A DNA stretch of 63,971 nt, the filler included, from Acidimicrobiia bacterium (GTDB taxonomy: Bacteria > Actinomycetota > Acidimicrobiia > Spongiisociales > CAZKJJ01): assembly GCA_046759765.1 (NCBI GenBank). It is 4 parts of 4 records of this genome, joined end to end, with 100 filler letters (N's around TTAATTAATTAA, not from the genome) between each part and the next. Parts side by side here need not be neighbours in the genome. Positions count along the whole stretch, not along the records: positions 1 to 18,447 come from JBHICV010000036.1; 3 more parts are not named here. The stretch is one strand, 5' to 3'. Shown one piece after another: positions 1 through 8,934 of the stretch. How positions within the stretch are numbered: the first letter of the stretch is position 1; the number at the start of each line of letters is the position of its first letter. Made by a program: the position numbers and the translations under genes. The notes beneath the pieces were generated by a model. The model was not told where the DNA came from and ran no database searches. It saw only the letters and a list, made by a program, of their open reading frames with translations.

Positions 1-629
1 GCCAACAGATCACCCTTCTCCCATGAGCTCTCCCCCCGATTGAAGGACAACTCCACCGATTCTGTTCGACGCCGAACGAACCGCGCCGGCGTGCTCAGTC
101 GGCGCTGAGCAAGGCTGAACAACACCGCGGCAACAGCCGCGAGGATGGCGGCGAGGGATACCGTCAGGGATTGGGCCCAATAGCCGACTACCACCGGGAA
201 GGCTCCCCAAGCCACGGCAAAACCGAGGTCGGTGTGGAGGAGCGGTGACCACTCCAGGGAGTAGGCGGCGGCCATCAAGATCCCCGCTAGTGCCCAGGCC
301 AGCACCCACGGAGAGATGGCGACCGCCCCGATAACGGCAACGATCAAGGAGGAGGCCAGACCACCGACGCCGAAGACGAGCAGTGAGCGGTCGGACACCC
401 TCGTGCCCAACGGCCGGCCGTTGTATTCGTCGAGTGCATGAGCACCGATGCCAAGTCCGAAAAAGAAAGCCGTGACAGTGCCGATCAGCCGCCATCCATC
501 CAGTGTGGTCGCCAGTCCGGCACCGATCGCGACGTACGAAAGGTGCCACAGGGTGTAAGGCAGGTGAAGAATCGCCACGAGGTCGCCTGCCGTCGTGCCG
601 GTAGGAGCGTAATAGGCGGGCCGGGTCAT
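1..629 (-). CDS. Polytopic membrane protein, distantly UbiA-prenyltransferase-like; 3' end runs off the window
   Basis: Manual translation from ATG 629, which overlaps the stop of the methyltransferase (ATGA): MTRPAYYAPTGTTAGDLVAILHLPYTLWHLSYVAIG...GAHALDEYNGRPL. Several hydrophobic helices and no stop before the window edge; absent from the ORF track. Confidence 0.7.
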   Translation of the reverse strand, partial: MTRPAYYAPTGTTAGDLVAILHLPYTLWHLSYVAIGAGLATTLDGWRLIGTVTAFFFGLGIGAHALDEYNGRPLGTRVSDRSLLVFGVGGLASSLIVAVIGAVAISPWVLAWALAGILMAAAYSLEWSPLLHTDLGFAVAWGAFPVVVGYWAQSLTVSLAAILAAVAAVLFSLAQRRLSTPARFVRRRTESVELSFNRGESSWEKGDLL

Positions 630-1318
630 TGCTTCGTGCCCCACATCAGGAGACCGCCTCCCAACGACATCCGTCGGATTCCGATGTCCGTCAGGCCCGA
701 CGCCTGCCAGATGCTGGCCAGAACCTCGGGGGGGTACTCAGCGTGGAATTCATCGATGCTCCGTCCGAGGAACGACCCGACCCGGCCCCAACCGTTGCCG
801 ATCATGGTGCCGGCCATAGGAAGCCCTATCTGCGTGTAGAGCCTCCATGCAACACCAGGCCATCCGGCCGGCCTGCCGAACTCGAGCATGCCGATCCTGC
901 CGCCGGGCTTCACGACCCGAGCGAGCTCGGACATGCAGGAGGCAACGTCTGTGACGTAGCGCAGCAGGTATCCGAAAGCGACCCCGTCGAATGTGTCGCT
1001 ACGAAGCGGAAGCGCCATGCCTGTTGCCAGCACACCGGTGGCTCCCCGGCGAACGGCATGTTGCAACATGTTCTCGCTCTGGTCGACAGAAACCACCTGA
1101 GCGCCTCGCCTGCTGAGCAGACGCGTAATCGAGCCGGTGCCTGCCGCGACGTCGAGAAACCGGGATCCAGGCCTCACATCGAGGCCCCGCACGAGCTCCT
1201 GCCTCCAACGATTGTCTTGAGCCAGGCTGAGGACCTTTGCCCACCTCTCGTAATCCCGTGCGATGGGCGCAAAGAGGCCCAAGGCAACTGACTCCGGCGC
1301 ATCGGCGAGATCGCCCAC
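626..1318 (-). CDS. UbiE/COQ5-family SAM-dependent methyltransferase
   Basis: LDVAAGTG SAM motif, F..IARDYE N-terminus, ELARVVKPGG motif. Confidence 0.85.
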   Translation of the reverse strand: MGDLADAPESVALGLFAPIARDYERWAKVLSLAQDNRWRQELVRGLDVRPGSRFLDVAAGTGSITRLLSRRGAQVVSVDQSENMLQHAVRRGATGVLATGMALPLRSDTFDGVAFGYLLRYVTDVASCMSELARVVKPGGRIGMLEFGRPAGWPGVAWRLYTQIGLPMAGTMIGNGWGRVGSFLGRSIDEFHAEYPPEVLASIWQASGLTDIGIRRMSLGGGLLMWGTKQ

Positions 1319-1345
1319 GCCGTGACAGTACCGATGTTGGAACTC

Positions 1346-1373
1346 TTGACGTGATGGGATGAGCCTCTACAGT
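1346..1373 (+). promoter_or_regulatory. Sigma70-type promoter for the phhA leader
   Basis: TTGACG (1346-1351), 16 nt spacer, TACAGT (1368-1373); the leader ATG follows 9 nt later, so the leader is near-leaderless. Confidence 0.55.
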
Positions 1374-1382
1374 TCTCACTTC

Positions 1383-1454
1383 ATGCAGGTCAGCTACTAC
1401 GCCTATTTCATCTACCGTCTCCCCGGAGCACGGTACGGGGCGATGCTTATGTAG
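1383..1454 (+). CDS. Putative Tyr-rich attenuator leader peptide MQVSYYAYFIYRLPGARYGAMLM
   Basis: 23 codons with 5 Tyr and 1 Phe, lying between the promoter and a terminator upstream of phhA. Confidence 0.75.
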   Translation: MQVSYYAYFIYRLPGARYGAMLM

Positions 1455-1482
1455 CCACCTGCTCAAATCGCACTAACTGGAT

Positions 1483-1515
1483 GACCCGTACCGAACCGTC
1501 GGAACGGGTCTTTTT
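1483..1515 (+). terminator. Intrinsic terminator (attenuator) in the phhA leader
   Basis: GACCCGT-A-CCGA/ACCG loop/TCGG-A-ACGGGTC hairpin followed by TTTTT. Confidence 0.8.
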
Positions 1516-1550
1516 GATGGCCATGTCAACCAGGAAGGAGGTGACGAGAA

Positions 1551-2261
1551 ATGGACCAATTCAGCGACGAGCAGCACCGAACGTGGGCGGAGCTCTACCG
1601 ACGTCAGGTGCCGCGCATAAGAAAGCACGCCTGCGCCGACTACTTAGCAGGCTTCGACATGCTGGAGTTGCCGGCCAGCGAGATACCCTCGGTTGGCTTT
1701 CTCAACTCAAAGATCACCCCTGCCACTGGCTGGAAAGTGATCAGGACCACCGTCCGGTACTCGGATGCAGACCAGTGGTATGAGCACTTCGACCGGAGGG
1801 AGTTCCTCATCACCGACTACATGCGGTCATGGGACGAGCTCGACTGGACTCCGGAGCCCGACATGTTCCACGACATCTTCGGCCATCTGCCTTTCTTGAT
1901 GCTGCCCCACTACACCGCGCTGCAGGAGCTATTCGCGCCGGCCTACTGGAGGGCAACGACCGAAGAGGAGCGAGAGAACATCAAACGGCTGGCATGGTTC
2001 AGCACCGAGTTCGGCGTCATATCCGAGAACGGCTCTCGCAAGATCTTCGGTACCGGTCTCATGTCGGGGGGCGACGAGATGGACAACGTGATGGCGGGCA
2101 ATGTGCCGATCCATCCGTTCACGATCGAGAATGTCTTGGTCCGCAACAAGGCTGTGGACGAGCAGAACAAGGAGCTGTTCGAGTTCTTGTCGATCGAGGA
2201 GCTAGAGAAGGAGCTAAGCCGCTACTTCGACCTGGTGATGAGCGGAGGCGGCGTGTTCTAG
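1551..2261 (+). CDS. phhA: Phenylalanine 4-hydroxylase (pterin-dependent aromatic amino acid hydroxylase)
   Basis: PEPDMFHDIFGHLPFL and WFSTEFG (His-His-Glu iron triad); AAGGAGG RBS. Confidence 0.85.
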   Translation: MDQFSDEQHRTWAELYRRQVPRIRKHACADYLAGFDMLELPASEIPSVGFLNSKITPATGWKVIRTTVRYSDADQWYEHFDRREFLITDYMRSWDELDWTPEPDMFHDIFGHLPFLMLPHYTALQELFAPAYWRATTEEERENIKRLAWFSTEFGVISENGSRKIFGTGLMSGGDEMDNVMAGNVPIHPFTIENVLVRNKAVDEQNKELFEFLSIEELEKELSRYFDLVMSGGGVF

Positions 2262-3029
2262 TCGTCGAGGTCTCCGCGAGCGCGACCTTGTACGAAATCT
2301 ATCGCTTCGAGAGTGGCGTTGTAAACGAAGCGCTCCCGCTTGGGAGAGGCCAGGAACCGTCCCGCCGCAATCAGCGGTGATCGGTCAGCAAGCACCTTTG
2401 ACTCGACGATGGCCGCCCGCGACGTCTTTACCGAGTGGGCGACCATTATCGGCGAGGAGGAGTTGTCCTCGGAGGCTGCCTGCGCGAGAGCTCCGTGGAG
2501 GGCTTCCTCGGGCCCCTCGAAACCGGATATGGCTGCCACCGCTCCGACGGGGTCTCGTCTGCGGATGCTGTCGAGAACGACGCCTGCATCTGCCCGCGGC
2601 GCCGGTGCCGGGTCCGAGGCTCTGTCGGGAGTGTCGAATCGTTGCGTCCACTGAACGAACCAGACGGCGTGAAACAAGTCTCTTAGCACCTCTGGGGAAG
2701 GATCGACGGACCACGCCCAGCGCAGAGCGTCGAGATAGGTCATGGTGTGGGTGACATCGAGCCAGCCCCACTCGTTCGTGTCATCGGTGTCCAGGTCGAT
2801 ATCGAAGCGGCGGAATCTCGTCGCCGCCGCCCGGGAGGTGGCGTTCAGGATCTCCGAAACCGGGACTCCCATGGCTAGCGCGTCCCGCAGAGCCTCGAAA
2901 GCCGACTCAGGGCTTTCGTCCAGGATCGTCCTCTCGAAAAGGGCAGCGTCGAAGCTGCGTCCGTTCTGTCGGCTGAGCTACCTGCTCGGAGACGGCTCCG
3001 AAGACATCTCGTAAAGGATCAGACGCCAT
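2258..3029 (-). CDS. Hypothetical helical protein; 5' region frameshifted or interrupted near 2965-2985
   Basis: The 2258-2872 frame stays open upstream to a TAG near 2980; an ATG at 3029 lies in another frame. Confidence 0.5.
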
Positions 3030-3047
3030 CGGACCTAGGCTGGCCCG

Positions 3048-3554
3048 ATGCCCAACCAATACTCTGCCGCGCCTGAGCTCTCGATTGATACGAGCAAGTC
3101 CTTTTCGGCCACCTTGCACACCAGCGAGGGCGACATTTCGATCGACTTCTATCCGGCCGATGCACCGCAGACGGTGAACAACTTCGTGTTCTTGGCTCGA
3201 GACGGATACTTCGACGACGTGATCTTCCACCGGATCGTCCCCGGCTTCGTGATCCAAGGCGGAGATCCGACCGGGACCGGGTCGGGCGGCCCTGGTTACC
3301 GTTTTGAGGACGAGTTCCACTCCCGAACCAGCTACGACCGGGGAATCGTGGCGATGGCGAACGCGGGGCCGAACACGAACGGCTCCCAGTTCTTCATCTG
3401 CCTGGACGACGTCGGGCTACCGAACCAGTACACGATCTTCGGCGAGGTCACTGACGGGATGGAGGTGGTCGACACCATTGCACGGGCTGACCTCAAGGGT
3501 GAGAAGCCGGTCACGGACATAGTCATCCGCTCGGTAACGATCACGGAGAGCTGA
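3048..3554 (+). CDS. Cyclophilin-type peptidyl-prolyl isomerase
   Basis: FHRIVPGFVIQGGDPTGTGSGGPGY and AMANAGPNTNGSQFFI. Confidence 0.95.
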   Translation: MPNQYSAAPELSIDTSKSFSATLHTSEGDISIDFYPADAPQTVNNFVFLARDGYFDDVIFHRIVPGFVIQGGDPTGTGSGGPGYRFEDEFHSRTSYDRGIVAMANAGPNTNGSQFFICLDDVGLPNQYTIFGEVTDGMEVVDTIARADLKGEKPVTDIVIRSVTITES

Positions 3555-3585
3555 CGGACGACGATCGTCTGGGGGCGGCCGAACC

Positions 3586-4125
3586 TTATGGCTCGGCCGG
3601 TGGTGGAACGGTAACACCGAGCGAGGCGGCCACCTCCTCGAACAGGGGCCTTGCTTCAGGACAGAAGGCATCCAGTAGCGCGGCTCTGTTGGCAGCTACG
3701 GGGTCGAGGTCATCTTCAATAATGGACATACCTTCAAAGAAGCTCTCCCAGTCCTCACGTGGGTTCTGGCATTGGATGAGGGCGATTCCCACGATCTGGT
3801 TCTCGACGATCAACTCGCCCTCCTCATCAAAGACTTCATCATCGATCAGGAGTCTCTCCTCGACTCCGTACGCCGCCGCTAGCTCGAGGTAGCGGGCTTT
3901 CTTCTCTTCCTCAGTGGCGGTAGCCGGGTCGAAGCCGGCCGTCGCGGTCGTAGTCGTGACCGCAGCCGTGGTCGTTGGGGCTACAGGTTCGTCGGCGGGA
4001 GCTTCCGTGGTCGTCTCTGGCTCGGACGGCGTGGCCGGAGGTTGAGTCGGCGGGCTCTCCGATCCGCCGCCGCACGCAGCCGCGGCGACCAGTAGCGCGA
4101 TGGCCACCGCGATTCCCCGTCTCAT
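3586..4125 (-). CDS. Putative lipoprotein
   Basis: MRRGIAVAIALLVAAAA-C lipobox followed by a Pro/Thr-rich linker. Confidence 0.7.
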   Translation of the reverse strand: MRRGIAVAIALLVAAAACGGGSESPPTQPPATPSEPETTTEAPADEPVAPTTTAAVTTTTATAGFDPATATEEEKKARYLELAAAYGVEERLLIDDEVFDEEGELIVENQIVGIALIQCQNPREDWESFFEGMSIIEDDLDPVAANRAALLDAFCPEARPLFEEVAASLGVTVPPPAEP

Positions 4126-4222
4126 CAGTCCCTCCCGTACTGCCACAGTGGAGGGCACCCTAGGAGGTTCGGAATATCCGTGCGCGGGCGCGGGACTAAC
4201 CGGCGGCTCCGTCCCCTGTGCC

Positions 4223-4816
4223 CTAGGGGCAGGTTGCGTCGAGAGTCCCCGGGGTCTCTTCGATCTCGGTGGTCCTCAGGTCGTCGAAGGTGGCGCTGGC
4301 TGTGACGGAGAGGCCCTCGACGACGAGGAATTGCTGCCCAGAGGCCTGGCTGCTGGCCGACCACAGACCCAGGGTTCCATCAGCAAGGTTCTGGTGATCG
4401 ATCGTGTCATAAACCCCCTCGCCCTCGAGGCGTTGTGCTCCGGTGTCGTCGTGGATTTCTGCGATTAGCTGCCAGTCCCCCAGCTTGCCGATGAGGACGA
4501 ACGAGGAGTCCTTGGGCTCGACAGGCGGGAGGGCGCAGAAGTCGACCTTATCGAAGGTCCAGGTCTCGTCCCCGATCGTCAGCGTGGCACTGCCGACGCC
4601 GTCTCCCACAGGCTCCTCACCTGGTTCCTCTGCCGGTCCCTCAGTTGGCGCTTCCGGCTCCTCGGCCGGTTCACTGGGCGTTGCCGGCTCTGTGACCTCA
4701 GGCCTTTCTGTTGTCGCCTGTGGTTGTACTGCGCCCGGAGGCTCGTCTGCGGTGCCTCCGCAAGACGAAGCCAACACGAGCACCACCAACGCCACTGACA
4801 CGGCTCGAAGGTTCAC
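4223..4816 (-). CDS. Putative lipoprotein
   Basis: VNLRAVSVALVVLVLASS-C lipobox followed by a Pro/Glu-rich linker. Confidence 0.7.
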   Translation of the reverse strand: MNLRAVSVALVVLVLASSCGGTADEPPGAVQPQATTERPEVTEPATPSEPAEEPEAPTEGPAEEPGEEPVGDGVGSATLTIGDETWTFDKVDFCALPPVEPKDSSFVLIGKLGDWQLIAEIHDDTGAQRLEGEGVYDTIDHQNLADGTLGLWSASSQASGQQFLVVEGLSVTASATFDDLRTTEIEETPGTLDATCP

Positions 4817-5026
4817 GATCCCCCTCACCTGAATCGGGAGTGTAGGCCGGACGGGCAGGTCAGGTAGATGGCCTTCGTCCATTCTTCCCGTGGATGTGAG
4901 ATACCTCCTCAGCCCAGCGACTGAAGATCGGATAGTGCTTGCCGATCAAATCCCGAATTTCACCTCGCGAGCCGCAACAGCGGACTAAGCCGTGACCTGG
5001 CTCCCTTCGGTCTTACGGATTTGTTG

Positions 5027-5428
5027 CTAGGGACTGGGGTCGCAGATGTCCGACGAGAAATTCCGCCCTACCGCGGTGTGCGTGAGGGTTATGGGCCCTC
5101 CGCTCATAGACCGAATGACGGGAGTGATCAGCGACACACTGTATTGCACTGATACCTCGATGGAACCATCGGGCGGGCAGGTGACGCTGACGTCGGTCGG
5201 TTGGAGGTCCGGCTCCAGGTCCGTGTTGATGCTGTCGAGAACCCGATCCCGCACGATCGTGTGGTCGCCGGGGCTGTAGGAGGCGTAGATAGCCCCCTCT
5301 TGAACTGCATCCCGGACTCGGATGGCCGTGAAGAAGACGCGCCCAAAGTCGACTACCCCGAACACCAGCAGTAATACGAGTGGTGCCGCCAACGCCGTTT
5401 CGACGAGGGATGCTCCTTGCTCTTTCAT
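5027..5428 (-). CDS. TadE/TadG-family minor pilin
   Basis: EQG-ASLVE prepilin motif, hydrophobic helix, AVQEGAIYA. Confidence 0.85.
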   Translation of the reverse strand: MKEQGASLVETALAAPLVLLLVFGVVDFGRVFFTAIRVRDAVQEGAIYASYSPGDHTIVRDRVLDSINTDLEPDLQPTDVSVTCPPDGSIEVSVQYSVSLITPVIRSMSGGPITLTHTAVGRNFSSDICDPSP

Positions 5429-5907
5429 CGGAAGATTGTCCTTCGGTCAGTCGATTGGATCGTGATTGGTCCTCCGACTCCGGCCTGGATGAGGTTGCCG
5501 ACAATGGGTACCGTGACACTGAAGGTCCGCTGTGCTGACACCTCGATCCGATCACCTGCCTCGATGAGGGTGGGATCGAGACTCGGGCCTCCCACTGGGC
5601 AAGTCGCCTTCTGCGCCGTGCCAGGTCCGGCATCGAACGTGACGGTGATGTCGCCTGGCGTGAGGGAGGCATCGAAGCGAAGCGCCGCGGCGCGTATCTG
5701 GTCGCAGTCCGTGAACCGGGGAACCAGGTTCACGCTGTCACCGACCGACGAGCCGTATCGGGCCGCCTCCCTGGTGGCCGTGTTCAGAGCGTTCGACGCT
5801 GCCACGAACCGGGCCAGCTCGGCGATACCGAGGACCAGTACGAGAAACAGAGGGAGCGTTATGGCCAGCTCTACTGCCGTGGCTCCACGGTCGGATCTGC
5901 CGCTCAT
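5425..5907 (-). CDS. TadE-family minor pilin
   Basis: DRG-ATAVELA prepilin motif and ATREAARYG. Confidence 0.85.
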   Translation of the reverse strand: MSGRSDRGATAVELAITLPLFLVLVLGIAELARFVAASNALNTATREAARYGSSVGDSVNLVPRFTDCDQIRAAALRFDASLTPGDITVTFDAGPGTAQKATCPVGGPSLDPTLIEAGDRIEVSAQRTFSVTVPIVGNLIQAGVGGPITIQSTDRRTIFR

Positions 5908-7100
5908 TCGAGCAGGTCCACCTTGAACTCCCCGGGGATGAAACTCGGGTCGCTGACGAGATGGAAGTCCGATCCGTTGAGCCGGAGCCCCAGCCAATGA
6001 TCGACCCAGTCAGCGTTGTGTTGCTTGATCCGCTGAATTCCACGAGCCCGGCCGGGCCCACAACGAGCCCGGTCCAGTCAGAGGTGCTTCCATTCATCCT
6101 GACGGTGAACTTGTCACACCGCTCGATAGGGGGCGGAGCCGGGTCGGCACCTGAGTAGGCCAGCACGTTTGCTAGTCCAGGAGGGGCAACGGGGTAGGGA
6201 TCGAGAGTGTTGACGGAGCTGCCGACGGTGATCGTGCCTTCCGCCACCAGGGTTACACTGGCCACCAAATCCTCGTTGAGATCGATGTTTCCGGTGGCGT
6301 AGTAGAGCCCGTCGCCGTTGGCCGTGATGTACGAACCCGGGATGTCACCCACCACGTAATGCGTTGCCGGCGAGACGGACAGGGCCAAGGTCTTGAATGC
6401 AGCCAGGGTGGTCGGGATGTCGGCGGGCCCGAAGCCGGCCGGCCACTCCTTCAGTGCGACCATGGCTGGAAAACCCGGGTCGTACATGTTGCCGGATCCC
6501 GTCTCGTCGTGGGACACGACGTAGGTGTAGGGATCTTCGGGTATGTTGCCTACGCCTAAATCACTGTTCGAGCCGTTTACTCGCGAGCTGCTGTTGCTGT
6601 GGATGCCGCCGTAGACGGTTTGATTGGAGCCACTCGACTCGAATTGGAGCTTGGCGAACAGATGGCAGTCGTCGCCGCCGGCGAAGATCGCGTTTGAGAA
6701 TCCGGTTCCCCCGGAGCACACGGCGAGCGCGCGAGCATCGACATCGACCTGCTCGAAACCGATTACTCGTGCGAAATGGGTGGTCTGCGAAGTGCCGACT
6801 ATGGCTTCGAACTGATGCCCTCCGAGATCCGTGAGCGTGAGATCCGGGACGGCGAAGCCGTTGCTCTGCACGGAACCCTCTGCCGCCGCAGCAGGGTCAT
6901 CGCCGTGGCAGGACGCCCACGCGGCCGCCAAGGCGGCATGATCGGCCGCGTTCTGAGCTTTGCGCCGCAGGTGGTAGAGCATTCCCCCGTCGAGGGCCAG
7001 GGCTGAGACCCAGTAGCAAGGTGAGTGCGAGAGCGCTCAGGGCGAGCATTGACCCGTTGTCTGAGTGCCACACATGAGCGGCACGTCGCCCGAGCGTCAC
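5904..7100 (-). pseudogene. TadG-like pilus assembly protein with two apparent frameshifts (about 7010 and 5990)
   Basis: DNGSMLAL...ALALDGGMLY...AQNAADHAALAAA is split across frames. Adding one G at 5988-5991 gives a C-terminus that ends in an ATGA overlap with tadE. Confidence 0.7.
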
Positions 7101-7295
7101 CGAGCAGCTCCGTTTCCATCCCTCCCGGGAGCCGCCCGTGCAGGAGTCTGCCTTAAAGTGGCCATAAAACCACTGAGAGTAGCCAGTGAGAACGGGCGCC
7201 TAACAGGCCCGGGAAATGGCTCAAGAGCCCCGTTCATTTACTGGTTCATCGTTTCGCCATCGGCCCGACGCGATGTGAGCTAGATGCATTGGAGA

Positions 7296-8045
7296 TCAGG
7301 GCCGCGGTGCGGGCGTTCCTCGACATCCTTCGCAGTCCTCCCAGGTGAGGGTCTGGCGTATCTGCTCGAGCTGCCGTTCCGCTTCGTTTCGGTCGAGCAG
7401 ACCGAGCAGATTGCCGGTAGGAGCGGTGATGAGGATGGTCGCGACGTTGCGTTCTCTCATTCGTCGCACCAGTGGCTCGAGTGGTTCGTCAGGTCGTTTC
7501 GTGGTCGGTCCGAGCTGCATCGCTTCGATGGCGAGTCCATCTGAGTCGCGGACTGCGTCTCGGAAGCGGATCAGGCCGAGTACGCACCGGTGATCGTCGG
7601 TGACCACGCATTGATCCCAGCCCGCAGCTTCAGCTCTGGCTCTGACCTCAGACAGCCGTTCGGTTGGGAGACATGTGGGCACCTCTGCCTGGGTCAGGTC
7701 GCCGGCGCGTAGGGTCTGCGCCTTTGTGCCTTCGACCGGTAGTGCGTGGGCCAGCCAGTCGGCTTTGCCGCCCCGGTAGTCGTAGATATGTTCGAATCCG
7801 AACTGTTCGAGCAGGCACGCTGCTCGTGGAGAAAGATCTCACAGGCCGTCGTGTCAGTAGACGACCACTGGTCGGTCCCGACGCAACCCTGACGCAGCTT
7901 CTCTGGTCAGCTTCTTGAGCGGGATATTGATTGCCCCGGGAAGGTGCAACTCTTCGAACTCCGGGGCTGGCAGCACATCCACCAACTGGGCCTCGTTCTT
8001 ATCCATCAAGGCTTTGAGTTCGTTCCGTTCGATCACTTCGAACAT
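7296..8045 (-). CDS. Rhodanese + CBS-pair protein with two in-frame TGA codons (candidate selenoprotein, 249 aa)
   Basis: ORFs 7854-8045 and 7296-7682 share a frame. The bridge reads VVVY*HDGL*DLSPRAACLLEQFGFEHIYDYRGGKADW, completing a rhodanese domain. AGGAGG RBS. Confidence 0.8.
7808..7826 (-). promoter_or_regulatory. Candidate bacterial SECIS hairpin
   Basis: Perfect 7-bp stem CGAGCAG/CTGCTCG with a CGUGC loop, starting 12 nt after the second UGA. Confidence 0.6.
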
Positions 8046-8061
8046 CTTCTTCTACCTCCTC

Positions 8062-8934
8062 TCATAAGACGAGCCGACTCGCCATGTCCGCGAACGCTCC
8101 TAGAACAATGAACCAGACTCCGACTCCGATCAGGACTCGACCGCCCCAGCGTCTCACTGCTGGACCGCTCGTACGGAAGGCTTGGACGGTCGACTGCTTG
8201 GCGAGTACCGCGAACATCGCGGCTATGAAGAACAGACCGACGATCACCAGCGCCGCCGTCCCGAATGTGAGCAGCCCAGCGGGAACGCTGCCAATGACCA
8301 CGCCTTGAGCCGCCAGACCTGCCAGCAGGGGGCCGGTACAGCCAAACCCGGCAAGCAGATATCCGAAGCCGTAAGCGACATGACGGGAAAACGAGTCGCG
8401 ATCTCGGAAGGCGGCGTGCCGCCGTTCAATCGGGGCAGCTAATCCAGCGATTCTTCCGAAGGGCACGCGAAGGAACCCAAGCTGAGCTAGACCCAAAACG
8501 ACGAGTAGCACGCCCACAACGACCCGCACAGCCCGTCCTGGACCAGCGGTGAAAGTCAGCTGGCTGGCTATCTGCGCTCCGGCAGCCGTCAGCAAGACTC
8601 CGAGCCCCAGGACGAATAGAGAGGCTCCTATGGCCGCGCCAGTAGCAAAACGAACCGCCGAACGAAGCCGTCCCCCGGTTTGAATTCGCTGCTCGACCTG
8701 ACGACCGAGAAGGGTCAGCAGAAGCGGAAACGAACAAGGCGAAAAGAAGGCTGCGAAACCTGCTGCGGCGGCGAGAACAAGAAGACCAAGGCCGGTCCCT
8801 GCCCCGACGTCGAAGGTCGGGTAAAGCCGGAACCCCATGTATCCGGCCAGACCGATACCAACGGTGCCGACCGTGAGCAACAACATTCGTGCTCGCAATC
8901 GCCGGTTCGCTAGGCGCGAACGCTCCAAGGTCAT
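8062..8934 (-). CDS. CcdA/DsbD-transmembrane-like disulfide relay membrane protein
   Basis: FFSPCSFPLL and GFGCTGP paired Cys motifs in hydrophobic helices; ATGA overlap with the merB-like stop. Confidence 0.8.
   Translation of the reverse strand: MTLERSRLANRRLRARMLLLTVGTVGIGLAGYMGFRLYPTFDVGAGTGLGLLVLAAAAGFAAFFSPCSFPLLLTLLGRQVEQRIQTGGRLRSAVRFATGAAIGASLFVLGLGVLLTAAGAQIASQLTFTAGPGRAVRVVVGVLLVVLGLAQLGFLRVPFGRIAGLAAPIERRHAAFRDRDSFSRHVAYGFGYLLAGFGCTGPLLAGLAAQGVVIGSVPAGLLTFGTAALVIVGLFFIAAMFAVLAKQSTVQAFRTSGPAVRRWGGRVLIGVGVWFIVLGAFADMASRLVL

Noticed and set aside
7839..7856. Genome-wide UGA reassignment to Trp or Gly as the explanation for the in-frame TGAs
   Set aside because: Many conserved genes here (eno, pth, rpmG, tuf, sufD) end in TGA at the expected position, and tRNA-Trp has a CCA anticodon.
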